Origin: an uncultured virus (IMG/VR IMGVR_UViG_3300006922_000015)
Taxonomy: Duplodnaviria; Heunggongvirae; Uroviricota; Caudoviricetes
IMG/VR virus record: IMGVR_UViG_3300006922_000015
DNA: 64,000 bases
Direction: 5' to 3' (one strand)
The position numbers and the translations under genes were made by a program. Under the pieces are notes generated by a model. That model was not told the origin of the DNA, searched no databases, and was given only the letters and a program-made list of their open reading frames with translations. Positions 57,528 to 64,000 of the stretch are shown here, one piece after another. Each line of letters begins with the position of its first letter. Within the stretch, counting starts at the first letter, position 1.

Positions 57528-58333
57528 TGTTAGGAAATTATTTTTATCACCAAATTATTAGAAAGACTGTAACCACTTTTGGTACTCTTTTCAATAACAT
57601 TCAACTAAAGACCCTTGATGCTAATGGTGATCTAGTCACTCAGCAGAAAGTTCCTTTAGCGTATGGACCGGTTCAGAAATTTTTAGCAAGACTTCAGCAA
57701 TCTCCTGATCTTGATAAGAAAGTAACTATTACTGTTCCTAGGTTATCATTTGAGATGACATCTTTGCAGTATGATGCTGGAAGAAAAGTTCCTCCTATTC
57801 AAAGGAACCGAGCAGTTGGTGATGGCGAAACAACCACTACTAAGGTGCAGTATCTCCCAGTTCCTTATACTATCGGATTTGAACTTAACGCTATCGCAAA
57901 ATCTCAAGATGATGCTCTTCAAATCATCGAACAGATTTTACCATTCTTTCAACCACAGTTTACCATGACTGTCAATCTCATTCCAGAAATGAATGAGAAA
58001 AGAGATATTCCAATCATCTTAGAAAGCATTGATTTTACTGATGATTATGAAGGTGATTATTCTACCAGAAGATACATTTATTATACATTAAGATTTAGCG
58101 TCAAGACCTTTATGTATGGTCCTGTTGCTGCTAATGATATCATTAGAAAGTCTATTGCTACTACTTTTGTTGGTGATAGAAATACTAATGGTAGAGCACT
58201 TGAGTATAATGTTACTCCTAAAGCATTAGAAGATAAGAACACTGATGGTGTTATTAATGCTGCTGATGATGCTTTACTACAACCAGATGATGACTTCGGA
58301 TTTAATGAGGGGATGATATATCATGGACAATAA
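57527..58333 (+). CDS. g15: Tail sheath stabiliser/completion protein gp15
   Basis: YFYH.IIRK....FGTLFN, VPLAYGP.QKFLARL, PRLSFE, QIIEQILP.FQP, DDYEGD. Confidence 0.95.
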   Translation: MLGNYFYHQIIRKTVTTFGTLFNNIQLKTLDANGDLVTQQKVPLAYGPVQKFLARLQQSPDLDKKVTITVPRLSFEMTSLQYDAGRKVPPIQRNRAVGDGETTTTKVQYLPVPYTIGFELNAIAKSQDDALQIIEQILPFFQPQFTMTVNLIPEMNEKRDIPIILESIDFTDDYEGDYSTRRYIYYTLRFSVKTFMYGPVAANDIIRKSIATTFVGDRNTNGRALEYNVTPKALEDKNTDGVINAADDALLQPDDDFGFNEGMIYHGQ

Positions 58334-58739
58334 ATTTCAACAGAACATGGAAGATGTTTTTGACATCACTCCTATGGATGAAGAGGAGCAACCTAAACCC
58401 AAAAAGGTTGATGTTACTAGTGCTGACATAGAGACAGATTATAAGTATGCCCGTGGTGAGTTATATGAACTCATTCAGAAGGGTCAGGTTGCCATTGAGG
58501 AGTTGCTTGACGTTGCTAGGAGCAGTAATCACCCAAGAGCATATGAAGTCGCCTTCCAGGGCATTAAGAACGTTGCTGACATCACTGATAAATTATCTGA
58601 TCTTCAGAAGAAGATGAAAGATCTAGGTCAGGAAGAAAAGAAAGGACCAACAACAGTTAACAATACTATGTTTGTAGGATCTACTGCTGATCTTGCTAAG
58701 ATGTTGAAGCAAGCAAAAAATAAATTAGAAGATAAATAA
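58323..58739 (+). CDS. g16: Terminase small subunit gp16
   Basis: DY.Y.R..LY.LI.KG, HPRAYEV, TVNN.MFVGSTADL.KMLK. Confidence 0.95.
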   Translation: MDNKFQQNMEDVFDITPMDEEEQPKPKKVDVTSADIETDYKYARGELYELIQKGQVAIEELLDVARSSNHPRAYEVAFQGIKNVADITDKLSDLQKKMKDLGQEEKKGPTTVNNTMFVGSTADLAKMLKQAKNKLEDK

Positions 58740-58756
58740 TTAAAAATTATAGAACA

Positions 58757-59026
58757 ATGAACGTAGTAAAACTTTTAGGTGAATCAACAGTGCTGTCAGA
58801 CACACCAAACAACATTGACTCTGGGGAAAGAATTCTTCTTCAGCATAATCACAATGGTGGCAATGCTCACCTAGTGACAGTCAAGAATGTTGGTGGTGAT
58901 GTACTTGGTAGTGTATATGTTGCTCCTCATAGACCACTGACAATTCAAAAGCAAAGAACAGATACCATTGAAGTAGCAAATGGTGTTAGTGATTTATATG
59001 CCACATCTGTTGCACATTTAGGTTAA
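58757..59026 (+). CDS. Hypothetical protein (89 aa)
   Basis: ORF track; late-promoter-like GATAAATA at 58731. Confidence 0.7.
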   Translation: MNVVKLLGESTVLSDTPNNIDSGERILLQHNHNGGNAHLVTVKNVGGDVLGSVYVAPHRPLTIQKQRTDTIEVANGVSDLYATSVAHLG

Positions 59027-59060
59027 CACATAAATAAACTAGTAAACCCTCCCTGCTGGC

Positions 59061-59489
59061 ATGAAGTCATTTAAAGAATTTAGAGAACTAAGCGAAGCGA
59101 AACGTGGACTTTATGCCAATATCCACGCAAAAAGAAAACGTGGAGAAGCACCTGCTAAACCTGGATCCTCCGACTATCCAGACAAGGATGCTTTTAAAAA
59201 ATCAGAGAGGACTGCTAAAGAAGAATTTGAACTCACCCAAGAAGGAGCAGCCTGGACAAAAAAGTCAGGAAAAAGTAAGTCAGGAGGACTTAACGCTAAA
59301 GGACGAAAATCTTATGAAAAGGAAAATCCTGGATCTGACCTTAAAGCACCAAGCAAAAAGGTTGGAAATCCCAGGAGGGCATCCTTCTGCGCTCGAATGA
59401 AGGGCATGAAAAAGAAACTAACTAGTAAGAAGACTGCTAGTGATCCCGATAGCAGGATCAACAAATCACTGAGAGCTTGGAACTGTTGA
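59061..59489 (+). CDS. Basic putative internal head protein (DUF6321-like)
   Basis: MKSFKEF..LSE leader; GLYANIHAKR.R; GGLN.KGR.SY, RRASFCARM.G, SRINKSLR.WNC; CATAAATA at 59029. Confidence 0.75.
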   Translation: MKSFKEFRELSEAKRGLYANIHAKRKRGEAPAKPGSSDYPDKDAFKKSERTAKEEFELTQEGAAWTKKSGKSKSGGLNAKGRKSYEKENPGSDLKAPSKKVGNPRRASFCARMKGMKKKLTSKKTASDPDSRINKSLRAWNC

Positions 59490-59492
59490 TAA

Positions 59493-61157
59493 ATGGCTGA
59501 TAAAGTTTATAAAGGTTCGCCCAATCTAAAAGCGGCGAACGTGGAAATGAGTTTCACTCCCAAACAGGTTCAGGAGTGGTTGAAATGTGCTGACGATCCC
59601 GTCTACTTTACTAAAAATTATATCAAGATTGTGTCACTGGATGAGGGTCTGGTGCCATTTAAGATGTGGGACTTTCAAGAAGAGATGATTGAAAGGTTCC
59701 ATAGTAATCGTTTTAACATTGCTAAACTACCACGTCAGACTGGTAAGAGTACCACTGTGGTTTCTTACCTGCTGCATTATTGTATCTTTAATGATAATGT
59801 CAACATCGGTATCCTAGCAAACAAACTAAGTACATCCAGAGAACTTCTCGGTAGGTTGCAACTTGCTTACGAGAACCTTCCTAAATGGATGCAGCAAGGT
59901 ATTGTGTCATGGAATAAAGGATCTCTAGAACTTGAGAATGGTTCTAAGATCATGGCAGCATCTACTTCTAGTTCTGCTGTCCGAGGTATGTCATTCAACA
60001 TCATCTTCCTGGACGAATTTGCTTTCGTTCCAACTCACATTGCCGAGCAATTTTTCTCCTCAGTATACCCTACGATCTCCTCTGGTAAGTCTACCAAGGT
60101 TATTATCATCTCCACCCCTAACGGGATGAATATGTTCTACAAGCTCTGGCATGATGCTGAGAGGGGTAAGAACGAATATATCACTACAGAAGTACACTGG
60201 AGTCAAGTTCCTGGCAGAGATGCTAACTGGAAAGAGCAAACGATTGCTAATACATCTCAACGCCAGTTCACTCAAGAATTTGAGTGTGAGTTCCTAGGAT
60301 CTGTAGATACGTTAATTGCAGCAAGCAAACTGCGAACAATGGTGTATGATGATCCTATTGCCGATAACGGAAAAGGATTAGTAGTTTATGAGAACCCGAA
60401 AAAAGAACACGATTATATTATTACTGTTGACGTTGCCCGTGGTGTGGGCAGTGATTATAGCGCATTTTTGGTTTTTGACATTACAAAGTTCCCTTACAGG
60501 TTGGTAGCACGTTATAAAAATAACGAAATCAAACCTATGATGTTCCCAACCGTTATCACTGATATGGCAAAGGGATATAATAGGGCATATGTTTTAACGG
60601 AAGTAAATGATATTGGAGATCAGATAGCATCGATGATGCATTTTGATTTGGAGTATGACAATATTTTAATGTGTGCCATGAGAGGGCGAGCAGGACAAAT
60701 TGTAGGTACAGGATTTTCTGGAAAGAAAACACAACTAGGTGTCAAGATGTCTAAGACCGTGAAGAAGGTTGGATGCCTAAACTTAAAAACTTTTATTGAA
60801 GATGATAAACTAGTCATCCCAGATTACGATACTATCAGTGAACTTACTACGTTCATTCAAAAAAGTCAATCATTTGAAGCAGAAGAAGGATGTCATGATG
60901 ACCTTGCAATGTGTCTGGTTATCTTCTGCTGGTTAGCAGTACAAGATTACTTTAAAGAGATGACGGACAATGATGTTCGCCAAAGAATTTATGATGAACA
61001 AAAAAATCAAATTGATCAAGATATGTCACCCTTCGGATTTATTTCTGATGGTCTGGAAGATCAAGAAAGTTTTGTAGATAAAGATGGAGATCGTTGGTTC
61101 TTGGATGAGTATGGTGATGTGTCATCAGAATTTACTTACATGGGTTCTTATAACTAA
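59493..61157 (+). CDS. g17: Terminase large subunit gp17
   Basis: Walker A PRQTGKST, Walker B IIFLDEFAF, STPNG, QEFECEF, DVARG, HDDLAM; 554 aa. Confidence 0.98.
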   Translation: MADKVYKGSPNLKAANVEMSFTPKQVQEWLKCADDPVYFTKNYIKIVSLDEGLVPFKMWDFQEEMIERFHSNRFNIAKLPRQTGKSTTVVSYLLHYCIFNDNVNIGILANKLSTSRELLGRLQLAYENLPKWMQQGIVSWNKGSLELENGSKIMAASTSSSAVRGMSFNIIFLDEFAFVPTHIAEQFFSSVYPTISSGKSTKVIIISTPNGMNMFYKLWHDAERGKNEYITTEVHWSQVPGRDANWKEQTIANTSQRQFTQEFECEFLGSVDTLIAASKLRTMVYDDPIADNGKGLVVYENPKKEHDYIITVDVARGVGSDYSAFLVFDITKFPYRLVARYKNNEIKPMMFPTVITDMAKGYNRAYVLTEVNDIGDQIASMMHFDLEYDNILMCAMRGRAGQIVGTGFSGKKTQLGVKMSKTVKKVGCLNLKTFIEDDKLVIPDYDTISELTTFIQKSQSFEAEEGCHDDLAMCLVIFCWLAVQDYFKEMTDNDVRQRIYDEQKNQIDQDMSPFGFISDGLEDQESFVDKDGDRWFLDEYGDVSSEFTYMGSYN

Positions 61158-61384
61158 TGGACTTTGAGGAGGAGTTTCAATTAGAACATCTCCTATTCAA
61201 AGAAAGGAAATGCAGATCTTGTAGTAAAGTCAAAGATCTACTCACAGATTTTTATAGAACTAGGAAAGGAAGATCAACATTATCAGCATACTCTTATGAA
61301 TGTAAAGACTGTACTGTTAAAAGAGTTATGGAGACTAGAAAAAAGAAAGATCGTTTTACTGAAATAGGTTATCCAGACTGGTAG
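61157..61384 (+). CDS. Small C4 zinc-finger protein (endonuclease-associated zinc ribbon)
   Basis: CRSC...K.L..FY.......SYECK.C; no nuclease domain follows. Confidence 0.7.
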   Translation: MDFEEEFQLEHLLFKERKCRSCSKVKDLLTDFYRTRKGRSTLSAYSYECKDCTVKRVMETRKKKDRFTEIGYPDW

Positions 61385-61463
61385 TTCATGCATTGTTTCC
61401 CCAGTTGAAACATAGGATTTCATAAATAATCACAGAATAAAATCTGAACTTTAGAGGTAAAAG

Positions 61464-63401
61464 ATGGCATCTCAATCATCGCCAGGTATTATTGTTCAGG
61501 AGCGCGATTTTACTAATTCACGTCTCCAAGAAACATCTACCAACGTCGGCGCTATTGCTGGTCCTTTCACGAAAGGCGAAGTAGGCGTTGCAAAATTAAT
61601 CACAAACGAGAAAGAACTCGTTTCAACTTTCGGTAAGCCAACCGGAGACAACTACGAATTTTGGTTTACAGCTTCCGAGTTTCTTAACTACGGTGGCAAT
61701 CTTCAAGTAGCAAGAATTTCTAGTTCTGCCGCTGGATTTTTAACCAACGCCACCACAACAGGTGCAGCATCAGTAAACATCAATAACTTAGGTGATTACG
61801 AAGCTAACTTTGAAGGCAGTTCACAAGTCTATGATTTTGCTTCCAAAACTCCCGGAACATGGGGTAATGCACTTCAGGTTGTATCAATCGATGCTGGTGC
61901 GGATCAAATTCTGACACTTGCTAACGGTGTAGCCTTCTCACAAGGAGACGCAGTTACTGACGGAACTGCTACTGGTGTTGTATATGAAGATAACAGCGGA
62001 GACACCACAAAGGTTGCTGTTGTTCTTGATGCTGGTTCTGATAAGTTCGTCAAGGATGGAACAGTAAGCACAGAAAACGTTGATGGTGTTGCTAGCTGGT
62101 ATGACGAGCAGTTTGCTGTCGCTGGTTTAATTAAGTGGAGTGCAATCGCACCTCGCCCTGGTACTTCACCTTTCGCTGCTGAAAAAAGTGGTGCTAATGA
62201 TGAAATGCATTTCGCAATCATCGATGCAACTGGTGGTGTTACCGGAACAGCAAATACAATCCTCGAAAAAATTCTTTTCGTCTCAAAAGCACCTGGTGCT
62301 AAGACTACCGAAGGAGAAGGTAACTTCTTCAAGAACGTCATCAAAGGTCGTTCAAAGTATATCTATGTAACTGCTTACGAAGATACTGCAGTATACACAC
62401 CTACTAATGGTGTAGATATTTCTGATTCTGCTACTGCAGCAAGCGTCTTCAAACTCTACGGTCCCAAGTCTTATACATTGTCTGGTGGTACTGACTATCA
62501 GAATTACAATGTAGGAAACGAAACTCAAACATATCTCGATGTCTTCTCTGACACTGAGACCATGTTGATTGATTATATCCTCACTGGTCCTTCAAGTCTT
62601 GCAAAAGCAAACTCACTGATCAACCTTTCTAATACCAGAAAAGATTGTATCACTCTTGTTTCACCACAAAAATCTGACGTTCTTGGATCTGGTGCTTCTA
62701 CTGGTTCTGCTCAAACAGAAAACGTTGTAGACTTCTTTGAAGCAATCAGCGATAGTTCTTCATACGCTGTTTTCTCAAACAACTACAAGTACATCTATGA
62801 CAGATTTAATGATGCATATCGTTGGATCCCATGTGATGCTGATGTTGCTGGTCTTTGTGTAAATGCTGCTGACACTGCTGAAGCATGGTTCTCACCTGCT
62901 GGTTTCAATAGAGGTAACTTGAGAAATGCGATTAAGATTGCTTACAATCCTAATCAAGCACAGAGAGATGAACTTTATGGAAAGCGTATCAATCCTATCG
63001 TTTCATTCCCCGGTCAAGGTATTGTTCTTTTCGGAGACAAAACTGCTCTTCGCAGTCCTTCTGCATTCGATCGTATCAACGTCCGTCGTTTGTTCCTCAT
63101 TCTTGAGAGAACAATCAAAGAGTTCTCTAAGAGTGTACTTTTTGAGTTGAATGATGTAACCACTCGTAATAACTTTGCTACGCAGGTAAACAACTACATG
63201 CGTGACATTCAGGCAAGAAGAGGCATGACTGATTTCCTCGTAGTTGCCGATGAATCAAATAACACTGCCGATGTTATCGACAGAAATGAATTTGTTGCCG
63301 ACATCTATATCAAGCCTTCTAGATCAATTAACTTCATCACTCTTACATTCGTTGCCACCCGCACTGGTGTTAGTTTTGACGAAGTAGTTGGTAGAGTTTG
63401 A
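61464..63401 (+). CDS. g18: Tail sheath protein gp18
   Basis: SPG...QE.D, FL.YG..L.V.R, WFSPAG.NRG, QRDELY..RINP, GDKT...SAFDRINVRRLF; CATAAATA at 61421. Confidence 0.97.
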   Translation: MASQSSPGIIVQERDFTNSRLQETSTNVGAIAGPFTKGEVGVAKLITNEKELVSTFGKPTGDNYEFWFTASEFLNYGGNLQVARISSSAAGFLTNATTTGAASVNINNLGDYEANFEGSSQVYDFASKTPGTWGNALQVVSIDAGADQILTLANGVAFSQGDAVTDGTATGVVYEDNSGDTTKVAVVLDAGSDKFVKDGTVSTENVDGVASWYDEQFAVAGLIKWSAIAPRPGTSPFAAEKSGANDEMHFAIIDATGGVTGTANTILEKILFVSKAPGAKTTEGEGNFFKNVIKGRSKYIYVTAYEDTAVYTPTNGVDISDSATAASVFKLYGPKSYTLSGGTDYQNYNVGNETQTYLDVFSDTETMLIDYILTGPSSLAKANSLINLSNTRKDCITLVSPQKSDVLGSGASTGSAQTENVVDFFEAISDSSSYAVFSNNYKYIYDRFNDAYRWIPCDADVAGLCVNAADTAEAWFSPAGFNRGNLRNAIKIAYNPNQAQRDELYGKRINPIVSFPGQGIVLFGDKTALRSPSAFDRINVRRLFLILERTIKEFSKSVLFELNDVTTRNNFATQVNNYMRDIQARRGMTDFLVVADESNNTADVIDRNEFVADIYIKPSRSINFITLTFVATRTGVSFDEVVGRV

Positions 63402-63436
63402 TTAACAATAAATACAAATAAGGAGATAATCAAACA

Positions 63437-64000
63437 ATGGCAAACTTAACCGCATTTAAAGGAAAAATTGGTTACGGTCTTCGTCCTAATCTATTCCGTG
63501 TAAGCGTAGTAGATCTTGAGGCAAACATCAGTTCTATTGATGGTGCTTCCGACGTTAAAGCCGGTGATGGCAAATTTTCATTCCTATGTCGTTCTGCTGG
63601 TATCCCTGCCAGCAGTGTTGGAACTGTAGAAGTTCCTTTCAGAGGTAGAGTTATCAAACTTCCTGGAGACAGAACGTTTGAATCATGGACTGTTACCGTA
63701 ATGGCTGACGAAGACATGGCACTCAGAGGATACTTTGAGAAGTGGATGGATCGTCTGAATAAGCATGATGATGGCGCTGGATATACTTCAGCTTTTGCTT
63801 CTACTTTACAAGTTGATCAACTTGGTAGAGGAATTAATTCAGGAGATGATCCTTCCGATCCTCATAACGTAGTAAGATCCTACAAATTCAACAACGCTTT
63901 CCCGAGCAATATTGCTCAGATTGACTTGTCATATGACAACAATAATACTGTTGCTGAGTACACTGTTGAATTCCAGTATGACTGGTGGGAAACTGATGAC
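63437..64000 (+). CDS. g19: Tail tube protein gp19 (runs off the window end)
   Basis: ATG 63437 behind AGGAG; G.RPNLF, VPFRGR..KLPGDRTFE.WTVT, FP..I..IDLSYD, VEFQY..W; AATAAATA at 63407. Confidence 0.95.
   Translation, partial: MANLTAFKGKIGYGLRPNLFRVSVVDLEANISSIDGASDVKAGDGKFSFLCRSAGIPASSVGTVEVPFRGRVIKLPGDRTFESWTVTVMADEDMALRGYFEKWMDRLNKHDDGAGYTSAFASTLQVDQLGRGINSGDDPSDPHNVVRSYKFNNAFPSNIAQIDLSYDNNNTVAEYTVEFQYDWWETDD

Noticed and set aside
59493..61157. Intein or intron in the terminase
   Set aside because: 554 aa is normal gp17 length and the motifs are contiguous.
13742..63717. Numerous 60-170 aa antisense or alternative-frame ORFs inside structural genes
   Set aside because: Fully nested in well-supported genes, with no independent promoter, ribosome-binding site or recognisable motif.

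Overview
This window comes from a T4-like (myovirus) cyanophage genome, probably infecting marine Synechococcus; nearly all genes are on the + strand. 1-1.35 kb holds two 2OG-Fe(II) oxygenases. 1.35-1.93 kb is a structured non-coding block: TTTTCCACA (cyanobacterial DnaA-box) motifs, two consensus sigma70 promoters, a perfect 22-bp inverted repeat and tRNA-Leu(UAA). 2.6-5.15 kb is a GC-rich array of short early genes, most with their own repeated promoter; several look leaderless, and the array ends in an orphan HicA-like gene and a UUCG terminator. Next come tRNA-Met(CAU), a glutaredoxin, a PAAR protein and a glycine-rich/Ig-like fibre. The rest is the late structural module: g25-g6-g7-g8, a DUF4815-like protein, several giant virion proteins, a 3-gene minus-strand island, g13-g14-g15-g16-g17-g18 and the start of g19. 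The most striking observation is in the 3325-aa baseplate wedge protein gp7. It carries three nested domains whose motifs and spacing match phycobiliproteins, with both bilin-attachment cysteine positions kept (KCKRD-x14-GG and a helix-H Cys), which suggests a possibly pigmented virion baseplate. All family calls are by-eye motif recognition against remembered sequences; no database search was run.
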